Shown here: in pieces, positions 1 through 9,388 of the stretch
How the letters are laid out: the number at the start of each line of letters is the position of its first letter
Position numbering within the stretch: position 1 is the first letter of the stretch
Sequence record: ON528740
DNA: 64,000 bases
Direction: 5' to 3' (one strand)
From: Shigella phage ESh30
Notes under the pieces: model-generated
Seen by the model: the letters and a program-made list of their open reading frames with translations, nothing else
Database searches by the model: none
What the model was told of the DNA's origin: nothing
Program-made: the position numbers and the translations under genes

Positions 1-342
1 GTAGAAACTTACGGTGATGATGAATATTATCGTGAAAAGATTAAAATAATTTCATCTGATGAAGAGTTATATAAGTTTAACCTATTTTTAGGTAAAACGG
101 CAGAAACTTATAAAAATTGGAACAAAGGCGGAAAAGCTCCGTGGAGTGATTTTTGGGATGCTAAATCACAGTTCAGTAAAGTGAAAGCACTTCCTGCATC
201 AACATTCCATAAAGCTCAGGGTATGTCTGTAGACCGTGCTTTCATTTATACGCCTTGTATTCATTATGCAGATGCTGAATTGGCCCAACAACTTCTTTAT
301 GTTGGTGTTACCCGTGGTCGTTATGATGTATTTTATGTATGA
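1..342 (+). CDS. dda: DNA helicase Dda, C-terminal fragment (5' end lies outside window)
   Basis: In-frame coding from window edge to stop at 340-342; translation ends ...ALPASTFHKAQGMSVDRAFIYTPCIHYADAELAQQLLYVGVTRGRYDVFYV, recognised as T4 Dda C-terminus. Confidence 0.85.
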   Translation, partial: VETYGDDEYYREKIKIISSDEELYKFNLFLGKTAETYKNWNKGGKAPWSDFWDAKSQFSKVKALPASTFHKAQGMSVDRAFIYTPCIHYADAELAQQLLYVGVTRGRYDVFYV

Positions 343-348
343 TTAAAT

Positions 349-609
349 TTGAGGAAGCTATTCGTGGAAATAACTAAAGATCAGTTTTATCTTCTTCAAG
401 ATAAAGTAAGCGAAATTTATGAAATAGCTTATAGCAAAAATCGCAAAAATGTGAAAACTGAATCAGGCAAGTTAATGCTTCAATTGGAAGAAATTGAACG
501 AGATTTGATTGCGTTAGAATTCTTTTGTGGTGAAGTAAAAACTGTTACAATCAGTGATTACATTTTAGGTGAAATTAGCCATCTTTATAAGGCGGTTATT
601 AATGATTGA
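349..609 (+). CDS. hypothetical small early protein (86 aa)
   Basis: ORF track; tight packing immediately downstream of dda. Confidence 0.45.
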   Translation: MRKLFVEITKDQFYLLQDKVSEIYEIAYSKNRKNVKTESGKLMLQLEEIERDLIALEFFCGEVKTVTISDYILGEISHLYKAVIND

Positions 610-844
610 ATTAAGTTGGTATCAGTTTAAATCTCTTATGGCAAATGTTAAAGCTGTCATTGAAGAAAATCCAGGACCTGAAAATGTAACTATTCGTGAA
701 AAAGCTTCAAAGATAGTATACAGTCTTGAAGAGATGCAAAAAGATATTGAATCTATGGCAAAATTTATTGATGAGCCCATTAATAAAGTTTATATCCAAG
801 ATTATACTGTAGGTCAAATTCGCGATTTAGCGAGGAAAGTTTAA
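602..844 (+). CDS. hypothetical small early protein (~80 aa)
   Basis: ORF track 569..844; likely start at ATG 602 overlapping upstream stop; stop overlaps dexA start (TAATG). Confidence 0.4.
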   Translation: MIELSWYQFKSLMANVKAVIEENPGPENVTIREKASKIVYSLEEMQKDIESMAKFIDEPINKVYIQDYTVGQIRDLARKV

Positions 845-1527
845 TGTTTGATTTTATTATAGATTTTGAAACGATGGGAAGCGGTGAAAAAGCAGCTGTT
901 ATTGATTTGGCTGTAATTGCTTTTGACCCTAACCCGGAAGTTGTTGAAACATTCGATGAACTAGTTTCACGTGGCATTAAAATTAAATTTGACTTAAAAA
1001 GTCAAAAAGGACATCGTCTTTTTACTAAAAGCACTATCGAATGGTGGAAGAATCAATCTCCTGAAGCTAGAAAAAATATTGCACCATCAGATGAAGATGT
1101 AAGCACTATCGATGGTATTGCAAAATTCAATGATTACATCAATGCACATAACATCGATCCTTGGAAATCTCAAGGTTGGTGCCGTGGAATGTCGTTTGAT
1201 TTTCCAATTTTAGTCGATCTCATTCGCGATATTCAACGTCTTAACGGCGTTTCCGAGAATGAGCTTGACACATTTAAGTTAGAACCATGTAAATTCTGGA
1301 ATCAGCGTGATATTCGTACCAGAATTGAAGCACTTCTACTTGTTCGTGATATGACCACGTGTCCTCTTCCAAATGGAACTTTAGATGGATTCGTTGCACA
1401 TGATTCTATTCATGACTGTGCGAAAGACATCCTGATGATGAAGTATGCTTTGCGATACGCTATGGGTCTTGAAGATGCTCCGTCAGAGGAAGAGTGCGAT
1501 CCTCTATCTCTTCCAACAAAACGATAA
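844..1527 (+). CDS. dexA: exonuclease A (3'-5' DNA exonuclease), 227 aa
   Basis: 227-aa ORF MFDFIIDFETMGSG... with DEDD-type exonuclease N-terminal motif; position downstream of dda as in T4. Confidence 0.8.
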   Translation: MFDFIIDFETMGSGEKAAVIDLAVIAFDPNPEVVETFDELVSRGIKIKFDLKSQKGHRLFTKSTIEWWKNQSPEARKNIAPSDEDVSTIDGIAKFNDYINAHNIDPWKSQGWCRGMSFDFPILVDLIRDIQRLNGVSENELDTFKLEPCKFWNQRDIRTRIEALLLVRDMTTCPLPNGTLDGFVAHDSIHDCAKDILMMKYALRYAMGLEDAPSEEECDPLSLPTKR

Positions 1528-1533
1528 AAAGTT

Positions 1534-1566
1534 GTTTACTTCCTCGGTTAGTTGTGGTATTATAAC
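1534..1566 (+). promoter_or_regulatory. T4-type early promoter (-35 GTTTAC, extended -10 GTGGTATTATAAC)
   Basis: gttgtttacttcctcggttagttgtggtattataac matches T4 early promoter consensus; ORF-track start at 1552 lies inside it. Confidence 0.6.
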
Positions 1567-1590
1567 ACCATAGCTACTGAGGATAATAAA

Positions 1591-2091
1591 ATGAAAATTT
1601 ATCGTGTTGAATCATCGTTTAGTATTCTTGATTATGAAGATGCTATAACAATACGTCGAAATCTTTGTGTTCAAATAACGCCGTACAGGAGTATAATAGA
1701 TTCATGGAGCGAAGAGTGGCTATTACACGTAGGTTATGACAGACCTAATTTTATGCATCATAGCGATAATAATAAAAGAATTCCTTTACCACACGAAGAT
1801 AAACTATTAGTTAAAAACGCTAATATAGTAATTAATACTAAGTTCAAGAAAGATTATGTTGGAGTAGAATATCATATTCCAGGATGGTTTATAGGTCTTT
1901 ATCATTTTGCTTTCGCTAGTGAATATGATATGATGAGATGGTTCACACGAGAAGAGCGGGAAGAATTATCTTCTAAAGGATTTTATCTCGCTGTATACGA
2001 AGTTCCTGAAGATGAAGTTATCATTGGTGGGCACCAAGTAATGTTCCGCAAATCGCATGCTGAACTCGTAGATTTTATTGAAATGAGATAA
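1591..2091 (+). CDS. hypothetical protein (~166 aa)
   Basis: ORF track 1552..2091 trimmed to ATG 1591 preceded by RBS aggataataaa. Confidence 0.5.
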   Translation: MKIYRVESSFSILDYEDAITIRRNLCVQITPYRSIIDSWSEEWLLHVGYDRPNFMHHSDNNKRIPLPHEDKLLVKNANIVINTKFKKDYVGVEYHIPGWFIGLYHFAFASEYDMMRWFTREEREELSSKGFYLAVYEVPEDEVIIGGHQVMFRKSHAELVDFIEMR

Positions 2092-2093
2092 TT

Positions 2094-2633
2094 ATGAAAT
2101 TTAATTATAATCCTGAATACATACCAAATCCGGTAGCTAAACTGATTGATTTTGATGTTGTAAGCACTTATGTATGCCCTGTTAAACCACTGGAAATTAA
2201 GGAACCTACTATGACTACCGCTATTGAAATCGGCAAAACCTACAAACTGGTTGAAACTGAAATTAAAACTACTGAACTAAATTTAGGTTATAAAGCATTG
2301 ACTAATGCTTTTGGTGAAGGCGAGTTTGTGGTTAAAAGCTTTTCAAAAAGTAACTGGTATGATAAGAATAAAGCTTACGTGATTCGAGTACGCCGTTTAG
2401 ATAATGATGAAGTAATTAAAACTATAGTTTTTGAAGCAGAGTTCATCCTCTTTCAAGAATGCGATCCTACTGACCTTCTAACTCATGCGGTAGCTATCAA
2501 GACTCCATTTATTTCGGTCTGTGGTTGGGTAACAGACCAATGGATTGAAGATGGTGTTGAACTTCTGAACGTTGTTCATGCAGGTGATTTTAGCGTAGTA
2601 CCTCGTAGTGCAGTGGTAGCTATTTTGAATTAA
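2094..2633 (+). CDS. hypothetical protein (179 aa), paralog of the next ORF
   Basis: ORF track; C-terminal motif ITDQWIEDGVELLNVV shared with ORF 2710..3207. Confidence 0.5.
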   Translation: MKFNYNPEYIPNPVAKLIDFDVVSTYVCPVKPLEIKEPTMTTAIEIGKTYKLVETEIKTTELNLGYKALTNAFGEGEFVVKSFSKSNWYDKNKAYVIRVRRLDNDEVIKTIVFEAEFILFQECDPTDLLTHAVAIKTPFISVCGWVTDQWIEDGVELLNVVHAGDFSVVPRSAVVAILN

Positions 2634-2709
2634 TAGTTTACAAACTCTTGGGACCAGAGTATAATGGTCCTGTGGAGTATAAAATCTTTTTAACAAGTGA
2701 GAGATAACT

Positions 2710-3207
2710 ATGATTATTAATATTGGTGAAATTGCTCGTGTATCTGATAAATCCCGTTCTAAAGCAGCAGGAAAATTGGTCGAAATTGTAAGCATTCAGC
2801 TTAAACACGGCGTTAAAGATGAAGATTCTGAAGTAAAAGTGCGTATCATTCCTAAAGATGGAAAGTCTAAACCTCAGTTTGGCTATGTTCGTGCGAAATT
2901 TCTTGAATCTGCGTTTTTGAAAGCTGTTCCTGCTAAAGGAATTGAAACGATTGATACTTCGCATGTAGGTGTAGACTTTAAGTGGAAACTCGGTCAGGCT
3001 ATTAAGTTCGTTGCTCCTTATGAATTCGAATTTACTGAAGATGAGGAAGGGGTTGTTCAAAAACACCGTACTCGTGCTATGTGCGCATACATTACCGATC
3101 AGTGGGTAGAAGACGGTGTTAAGCTGTACAACGCGGTATTTTTAGGAACATACAAAGTCATTCCTGAAAGCTGGATTAAACACTATAGCAAAGCTCGCTG
3201 TGCATAA
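2710..3207 (+). CDS. hypothetical protein (165 aa), paralog of 2094..2633; in the position of T4 motB
   Basis: ORF track; RBS gagataact; C-terminal motif ITDQWVEDGVKLYNAV; assignment to motB is positional only. Confidence 0.5.
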   Translation: MIINIGEIARVSDKSRSKAAGKLVEIVSIQLKHGVKDEDSEVKVRIIPKDGKSKPQFGYVRAKFLESAFLKAVPAKGIETIDTSHVGVDFKWKLGQAIKFVAPYEFEFTEDEEGVVQKHRTRAMCAYITDQWVEDGVKLYNAVFLGTYKVIPESWIKHYSKARCA

Positions 3208-3239
3208 AGTTTAAATTTTTTTCATAAAACTATATACAT

Positions 3240-3278
3240 CAGTAGTTGATTATGGTACTATATCAATATCAACTACTG
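3240..3278 (+). promoter_or_regulatory. perfect 11-bp inverted repeat (cagtagttgat / atcaactactg) enclosing a -10-like GGTACTATAT element
   Basis: Seen directly in sequence upstream of ORF 3305..3574. Confidence 0.5.
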
Positions 3279-3304
3279 ATACAGAAAATAACTTGGAGAA
3301 TAAA

Positions 3305-3574
3305 ATGGAAAACTTAATTATCATCGAGCAATCTTTCAACGATTATGGTATGGCTTACGGTTATCGTGCGATAATGGAAGATTCTCGTGGATGTGTTATC
3401 GATATTGCTGAATGTAAAGATTTACTGCAGCTTTTGAAGATTGTTCGCAAAAATTGGGATTGTGAAAACATTAAAGCTCGTGTTGTAACGGAAGAAGAAA
3501 CTGTTTTTCATGATGTAAAATTCGCTAAAGGTGCTGCTACTCTTCTGAAACGCATCGCTCCACTGTTCAATTAA
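3305..3574 (+). CDS. hypothetical protein (~89 aa)
   Basis: ORF track 3293..3574 trimmed to ATG after RBS ggaga. Confidence 0.45.
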   Translation: MENLIIIEQSFNDYGMAYGYRAIMEDSRGCVIDIAECKDLLQLLKIVRKNWDCENIKARVVTEEETVFHDVKFAKGAATLLKRIAPLFN

Positions 3575-3587
3575 TGAGGAAATTGTA

Positions 3588-3803
3588 ATGAAACGTAAAA
3601 TTGTTCAGAATTGCACTAATGACGAATTTGAAGATGTATTATTTGATCCAAATCTTGTAGTAGTTCAAAAGGAACATACTAATAAGTTTACTCACTTGAC
3701 TTCGGTTTATGTGTACGAAAAAGTTGGTGATAAACAACCAATTTATGGTGTGTTTCGCGAAATTACTGAAGATGGTACAACTTATTGGAAGGAAACTTAT
3801 TAA
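3588..3803 (+). CDS. hypothetical protein (71 aa; size and position of T4 cef)
   Basis: ORF track; RBS gaggaaattgta. Confidence 0.45.
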   Translation: MKRKIVQNCTNDEFEDVLFDPNLVVVQKEHTNKFTHLTSVYVYEKVGDKQPIYGVFREITEDGTTYWKETY

Positions 3804-4222
3804 TGGCTATTAAATTTGAAGTTAATAAATGGTATCAATTTAAAAATAAACAAGCTCAAGAAGATTTTATCAAGGACCATACTGAAAACGGAATTTATGC
3901 ACGACGTCTTGGTATGGAACCTTTTAGAGTTACAGATATTGACTATCTTGGTCGTCCTACTAAACTTGTGACATCTAGTGGAAAATTGGCGTTATCTTCT
4001 GGTAAAGATATTTTGGATGAAGATTTTATCTGGCTTTCAACGAGTGAAGCTGTGTTCTTTGATGAAGTGGAAAATCCCTACCAGGCTGCTGAAGAACAAG
4101 AGCAGGAAGAGCAAGAACAAATAGAAGATTTCACAGAATTCCCGATCATGAAAGTTACTATTGAAAATAATGAACAAGCATGGTCCTTGTATCAGATGTT
4201 GAAAGCTCACTTTAAGGAATAA
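3803..4222 (+). CDS. hypothetical acidic protein (~139 aa) with [10 protein letters not shown] tract
   Basis: ORF track 3785..4222; likely start ATG 3803 overlapping upstream stop. Confidence 0.45.
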   Translation: MAIKFEVNKWYQFKNKQAQEDFIKDHTENGIYARRLGMEPFRVTDIDYLGRPTKLVTSSGKLALSSGKDILDEDFIWLSTSEAVFFDEVENPYQAAEEQEQEEQEQIEDFTEFPIMKVTIENNEQAWSLYQMLKAHFKE

Positions 4223-4224
4223 TT

Positions 4225-4401
4225 ATGCCGCTTTATGATTATAAATGCCAATCCGAAGATTGCGGGCATGAATATGAAAAAATTAAAAAGATTTCTGAAC
4301 GAGAAAATGATGTTTGCCCTAAATGTCATCGTTTGTCTACTCGTCGGCCTTCTGCTCCTAAGCATGTGAATGGCGGTTTTTACGATTTACTTAAAGGGTG
4401 A
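4225..4401 (+). CDS. small zinc-ribbon protein (58 aa, two CxxC pairs)
   Basis: ORF below track threshold: MPLYDYKCQSEDCGHEYEKIKKISERENDVCPKCHRLSTRRPSAPKHVNGGFYDLLKG; fills a gap in dense coding. Confidence 0.5.
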   Translation: MPLYDYKCQSEDCGHEYEKIKKISERENDVCPKCHRLSTRRPSAPKHVNGGFYDLLKG

Positions 4402-4403
4402 TT

Positions 4404-4778
4404 ATGTTTAAAATCGGTAAGAAATATCGTGTTCGCGAAGGTGAAGAAAAGAAATATCTACTTTCTTCTAGTAATAGGAATGGTTCTATTAATGCCGTAA
4501 TATCTACAAGCGAATTTATCGTTGAAGATATGAAAGGTCATAATGTTACAATGATTAGTACAGCAACTAGCAGAAATGCTGGAAAAATTCTTCACAGTCT
4601 GCGGAGTGAAGTTCTAATTTATGATGAAGAATTTGACTTCTTCGAAGAAGTTCCCGAAGGTTTTGCTTTTGAATGCACTATCACTATGAAATCTGGTGAC
4701 CCTCTTTCTTTTACAGTTAAAGATGAAAGAAGCCGCTTGAGAGTTATTAGTCTTCTTCAAGCCATTAAATTTAAGTGA
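4404..4778 (+). CDS. hypothetical protein (~124 aa)
   Basis: ORF track 4398..4778 (GTG) trimmed to ATG 4404. Confidence 0.45.
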   Translation: MFKIGKKYRVREGEEKKYLLSSSNRNGSINAVISTSEFIVEDMKGHNVTMISTATSRNAGKILHSLRSEVLIYDEEFDFFEEVPEGFAFECTITMKSGDPLSFTVKDERSRLRVISLLQAIKFK

Positions 4779-4783
4779 AAATT

Positions 4784-5044
4784 ATGAAATATATTAATCG
4801 TTCTATCGCAGCATTAGTATTAGCAGTGTCTTTAGTAGGATGTACTGATGCTGATAATGCAACCAAAGTTTTGTCTTCAAGCGGTTTTACTAATATTGAA
4901 ATCACTGGATATAACTGGTTCGGTTGTTCTGAAAATGATTTCCAACATACTGGATTTCGTGCTATTGGACCTACTGGGCAGAAAGTAGAAGGAACAGTAT
5001 GTTCTGGGCTGTTCTTTAAGGATTCAACTATTCGTTTTAAATAA
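4784..5044 (+). CDS. predicted lipoprotein (signal peptide + lipobox LVGC)
   Basis: MKYINRSIAALVLAVSLVGCTD... N-terminus. Confidence 0.5.
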   Translation: MKYINRSIAALVLAVSLVGCTDADNATKVLSSSGFTNIEITGYNWFGCSENDFQHTGFRAIGPTGQKVEGTVCSGLFFKDSTIRFK

Positions 5045-5062
5045 AAGGCCTTCGGGCCTTTA
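5044..5062 (+). terminator. stem-loop aaggcc-UUCG-ggcctt, intrinsic-terminator-like
   Basis: GC stem with UUCG tetraloop followed by T-rich tract. Confidence 0.5.
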
Positions 5063-5113
5063 GCTTTATGATTGCCGGAGTATAATATTCCCGAAACCAA
5101 ACGAGGATAAGTG

Positions 5114-6931
5114 ATGATTAAGAATGAAATTAAAATTCTGAGCGATATTGAACATATCAAAAAGCGTAGCGGCATGTATATTGGCTCTTCTGCTAATGAA
5201 ATGCATGAGCGCTTTCTGTTTGGTAAATGGGAAAGTGTTCAGTATGTACCTGGTCTTGTTAAGCTTATTGATGAAATTATCGATAACTCAGTCGATGAAG
5301 GTATTCGTACTAAGTTTAAATTCGCGAATAAAATTAATGTTACCATTAAAAATAATCAGGTAACAGTTGAAGATAACGGTCGTGGTATTCCACAAGCGAT
5401 GGTTAAAACACCTACCGGTGAAGAAATTCCTGGTCCTGTTGCTGCCTGGACTATTCCAAAAGCAGGTGGTAACTTTGGTGATGATAAAGAACGTGTCACC
5501 GGTGGTATGAATGGTGTTGGTTCTAGTTTAACTAACATTTTTTCTGTGATGTTTGTCGGTGAAACTGGCGATGGTCAAAATAATATTGTAGTTCGTTGTT
5601 CAAATGGTATGGAAAATAAATCCTGGGAAACTATTCCTGGAAAATGGAAAGGAACTCGTGTTACTTTCATTCCTGATTTTATGTCATTTGAAACTAATGA
5701 GCTGTCCCAGGTTTATCTTGACATTACACTGGATCGTCTCCAGACACTTGCTGTCGTTTATCCTGATATTCAATTTACCTTTAATGGTAAAAAGGTTCAG
5801 GGTAATTTTAAGAAATATGCACGCCAATATGATGAGCATGCTATTGTTCAAGAACAAGAAAATTGTTCTATTGCGGTTGGTCGTTCACCGGATGGTTTTC
5901 GTCAATTAACATACGTCAATAACATTCATACTAAGAATGGTGGCCATCACATTGACTGTGTTATGGATGATATTTGCGAAGACCTTATTCCACAAATCAA
6001 ACGTAAATTCAAAATTGATGTAACTAAAGCACGCGTTAAAGAATGTTTGACTATCGTTATGTTTGTTCGTGATATGAAAAACATGCGATTTGATTCTCAA
6101 ACTAAAGAGCGTTTGACTTCTCCATTTGGCGAAATTCGTAGTCATATTCAGCTTGATGCTAAAAAGATTTCACGCGCTATTCTAAATAATGAAGCAATTC
6201 TAATGCCGATTATTGAAGCTGCTTTGGCTCGTAAATTGGCGGCAGAGAAAGCAGCAGAAACTAAAGCAGCTAAAAAGGCTTCTAAAGCTAAAGTTCATAA
6301 ACATATCAAAGCGAATCTTTGCGGTAAAGATGCTGATACTACTCTTTTCTTGACTGAGGGTGATTCGGCTATCGGATATCTTATTGATGTTCGTGATAAA
6401 GAACTTCATGGTGGTTATCCATTGCGCGGTAAAGTTCTCAACAGTTGGGGTATGTCATATGCTGATATGCTTAAAAACAAAGAACTATTTGATATTTGCG
6501 CAATCACTGGATTAGTTCTTGGTGAAAAAGCTGAAAACTTGAATTATCATAATATTGCTATTATGACTGATGCTGACCATGATGGTCTAGGAAGCATTTA
6601 TCCTTCTCTGCTCGGATTTTTTAGTAATTGGCCAGAATTGTTTGAGCAAGGACGAATTCGCTTTGTCAAAACTCCTGTAATCATCGCTCAGGTCGATAAA
6701 AAACAAGAATGGTTTTATACAGTCGCTGAATATGAGAGTGCTAAAGATGCTCTACCTAAACATAGCATCCGTTATATTAAGGGACTTGGCTCTTTGGAAA
6801 AATCTGAATATCGTGAGATGATTCAAAATCCAGTATATGATGTTGTTAAACTTCCTGAGAACTGGAAAGAGCTTTTTGAAATGCTCATGGGAGATAATGC
6901 TGACCTTCGTAAAGAATGGATGAGCCAGTAG
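5114..6931 (+). CDS. 39: DNA topoisomerase II large subunit (GyrB-like ATPase), uninterrupted 605 aa
   Basis: MIKNEIKILSDIEHIKKRSGMYIGS... GHKL ATPase and TOPRIM motifs; full-length single ORF, unlike T4 where the C-terminal part is the separate gene 60. Confidence 0.95.
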   Translation: MIKNEIKILSDIEHIKKRSGMYIGSSANEMHERFLFGKWESVQYVPGLVKLIDEIIDNSVDEGIRTKFKFANKINVTIKNNQVTVEDNGRGIPQAMVKTPTGEEIPGPVAAWTIPKAGGNFGDDKERVTGGMNGVGSSLTNIFSVMFVGETGDGQNNIVVRCSNGMENKSWETIPGKWKGTRVTFIPDFMSFETNELSQVYLDITLDRLQTLAVVYPDIQFTFNGKKVQGNFKKYARQYDEHAIVQEQENCSIAVGRSPDGFRQLTYVNNIHTKNGGHHIDCVMDDICEDLIPQIKRKFKIDVTKARVKECLTIVMFVRDMKNMRFDSQTKERLTSPFGEIRSHIQLDAKKISRAILNNEAILMPIIEAALARKLAAEKAAETKAAKKASKAKVHKHIKANLCGKDADTTLFLTEGDSAIGYLIDVRDKELHGGYPLRGKVLNSWGMSYADMLKNKELFDICAITGLVLGEKAENLNYHNIAIMTDADHDGLGSIYPSLLGFFSNWPELFEQGRIRFVKTPVIIAQVDKKQEWFYTVAEYESAKDALPKHSIRYIKGLGSLEKSEYREMIQNPVYDVVKLPENWKELFEMLMGDNADLRKEWMSQ

Positions 6932-6960
6932 TTTACTTTACCACAAGGATGTGGTATAAT
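6931..6960 (+). promoter_or_regulatory. T4-type early promoter (GTTTAC ... GTGGTATAAT)
   Basis: gtttactttaccacaaggatgtggtataat immediately downstream of gene 39 stop. Confidence 0.6.
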
Positions 6961-6985
6961 TAATTGGGCAAATGAGGATATTGAA

Positions 6986-7189
6986 ATGAAATCATATAGA
7001 GTAAATTTAGAACTTTTTGATAAAGCAGTTCATCGAGAATATAGAATCATTCAACGCTTTTTCGATATGGGAGAAGCCGAAGAATTTAAAAACCGCTTTA
7101 AAGATATTAGAGATAAAATTCAATCTGACACCGCAACTAAAGACGAACTACTAGAAGTTGCTGAAGTTATTAAGCGTAATATGAATTAA
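6986..7189 (+). CDS. hypothetical protein (67 aa), in the rIIA.1 position
   Basis: ORF track; lies between 39 and rIIA. Confidence 0.5.
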   Translation: MKSYRVNLELFDKAVHREYRIIQRFFDMGEAEEFKNRFKDIRDKIQSDTATKDELLEVAEVIKRNMN

Positions 7190-7199
7190 TGAGGAAATT

Positions 7200-9377
7200 A
7201 TGATTATCACCACTGAAAAAGAAACAATTCTTGGTAATGGTTCTAAATCAAAAGCATTTAGCATCACAGCATCTCCTAAAGTATTTAAAATCTTATCATC
7301 TGATTTGTATACAAATAAGATTCGCGCAGTTGTTCGTGAATTGATTACCAACATGATTGATGCCCATGCTCTCAATGGAAATCCTGAAAAATTTATCATT
7401 CAAGTTCCTGGACGTTTAGATCCACGATTTGTTTGTCGAGATTTTGGTCCGGGTATGAGTGATTTTGATATTCAGGGTGATGATAATTCTCCTGGGTTAT
7501 ATAATTCATACTTCAGTTCATCTAAGGCTGAATCTAATGACTTTATTGGCGGATTTGGTTTAGGTTCTAAATCTCCGTTTAGTTATACTGATACGTTTAG
7601 TATTACTTCGTATCATAAAGGTGAAATTCGTGGTTATGTAGCTTACATGGATGGTGATGGCCCACAGATTAAACCTACATTCGTAAAAGAAATGGGTCCA
7701 GATGATAAAACTGGTATTGAAATCGTAGTTCCAGTTGAAGAAAAAGACTTTAGAAACTTTGCTTATGAAGTTTCTTATATCATGCGACCATTCAAAGATT
7801 TGGCTATCATTAATGGTCTTGACCGCGAAATTGATTATTTTCCGGATTTTGATGACTATTACGGTGTAAATCCAGAAAGATACTGGCCTGATCGTGGTGG
7901 ATTATATGCTATCTATGGCGGTATTGTTTATCCTATCGATGGTGTTATTAGAGACCGTAACTGGCTAAGCATTCGCAATGAAGTGAATTACATTAAGTTT
8001 CCAATGGGTTCACTTGATATTGCTCCATCTCGCGAGGCTCTTTCACTGGATGATCGTACTCGTAAAAATATTATTGAACGAGTTAAAGAACTCAGTGAGA
8101 AAGCATTTAATGAAGATGTAAAACGATTTAAAGAATCCACATCTCCCCGTCATACATATCGTGAATTGATGAAGATGGGGTATTCTGCTCGAGATTATAT
8201 GATTAGTAATTCAGTCAAATTTACGACTAAAAATCTGTCATATAAGAAGATGCAAAGCATGTTTGAACCTGATAGTAAGTTATGCAATGCAGGAGTTGTG
8301 TATGAAGTAAATCTTGACCCTCGACTGAAGCGCATTAAGCAAAGTCATGAAACTTCAGCCGTTGCATCAAGTTATCGTCTGTTTGGTATTAATGCAACAA
8401 AAATTAATATCGTTATTGATAATATTAAAAATCGTGTTAATATTGTCCGTGGATTAGCACATGCGTTAGATGATAGTGAATTTAATAACACTTTGAATAT
8501 TCATCACAACGAACGCCTTCTGTTTATTAATCCAGAAGTAGAATCGCAGATTGATTTGCTTCCTGATATTATGGCGATGTTTGAAAGTGATGAAGTTAAC
8601 ATTCATTATCTGTCAGAAATTGAAACTTTAGTTAAAAGCTATATTCCAAAGGTAGTTAAAAGTAAAGCTCCTCGTCCTAAAGCTGCTACAGCATTTAAAT
8701 TTGAAATTAAAGATGGGCGATGGGAAAAAGAGGAACTATTTACACTTACGTCAGAAGCAGATGAAATTACTGGTTATGTAGCGTATATGCATCGTTCTGA
8801 TATTTTCTCTATGGATGGTACTACATCACTTTGTCATCCATCTATGAATATTTTGATTCGTATGGCTAATCTTATTGGCATTAATGAATTTTATGTTATT
8901 CGTCCGCTTTTACAGAAAAAGGTAAAAGAACTCGGTCAGTGCCAATGTATTTTTGAAGCTTTGCGTGATTTATATGTAGATGCTTTTGATGATGTAGATT
9001 ATGATAAGTATGTAGGTTATTCAAGTTCAGCTCAACGATATATTGATAAAATTATCAAGTATCCTGAGCTAGATTTTATGATGAAGTACTTCAGTACAGA
9101 TGAAGTTTCTGAAGAATATACACGACTCGCTAATATAGTTAGTTCATTGCGCGGTGTATATTTTAATGGTGGAAAAGATACCATCGGTCATGACATCTGG
9201 ACAGTAATTAATCTTTTTGATGTATTATCAAATAATGCTTCAAAAAACAGTGATAAAATGGTTGCTGAGTTTACCAAGAAATTCCGTATTGTTTCCGACT
9301 TCATCGGATATCGCAACTCTTTAAGTGATGATGAAGTTTCTCAAATCGCTAAAACTATGAAGGCCCTTGCGGCCTAA
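7200..9377 (+). CDS. rIIA: rIIA membrane-associated protein (725 aa, GHKL-ATPase-like N-terminal region)
   Basis: 725-aa ORF, same length as T4 rIIA; followed by rIIB. Confidence 0.93.
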   Translation: MIITTEKETILGNGSKSKAFSITASPKVFKILSSDLYTNKIRAVVRELITNMIDAHALNGNPEKFIIQVPGRLDPRFVCRDFGPGMSDFDIQGDDNSPGLYNSYFSSSKAESNDFIGGFGLGSKSPFSYTDTFSITSYHKGEIRGYVAYMDGDGPQIKPTFVKEMGPDDKTGIEIVVPVEEKDFRNFAYEVSYIMRPFKDLAIINGLDREIDYFPDFDDYYGVNPERYWPDRGGLYAIYGGIVYPIDGVIRDRNWLSIRNEVNYIKFPMGSLDIAPSREALSLDDRTRKNIIERVKELSEKAFNEDVKRFKESTSPRHTYRELMKMGYSARDYMISNSVKFTTKNLSYKKMQSMFEPDSKLCNAGVVYEVNLDPRLKRIKQSHETSAVASSYRLFGINATKINIVIDNIKNRVNIVRGLAHALDDSEFNNTLNIHHNERLLFINPEVESQIDLLPDIMAMFESDEVNIHYLSEIETLVKSYIPKVVKSKAPRPKAATAFKFEIKDGRWEKEELFTLTSEADEITGYVAYMHRSDIFSMDGTTSLCHPSMNILIRMANLIGINEFYVIRPLLQKKVKELGQCQCIFEALRDLYVDAFDDVDYDKYVGYSSSAQRYIDKIIKYPELDFMMKYFSTDEVSEEYTRLANIVSSLRGVYFNGGKDTIGHDIWTVINLFDVLSNNASKNSDKMVAEFTKKFRIVSDFIGYRNSLSDDEVSQIAKTMKALAA

Positions 9378-9388
9378 TAAGGAAAATT

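Noticed and set aside
1552-1590. ORF-track start codons lying inside early promoter elements (for example 1552, 11388, 11891, 32477)
   Set aside because: These N-terminal extensions run through -35/-10 sequences and lack an RBS; trimmed to downstream ATGs with Shine-Dalgarno sequences.
5148-6409. Alternative-frame ORFs inside gene 39 (5148..5363 +, 5356..5538 -, 5604..5909 +, 5906..6145 -, 6200..6409 -)
   Set aside because: Fully embedded in the well-supported topoisomerase ORF, with low-complexity translations and no RBS context; chance open frames.
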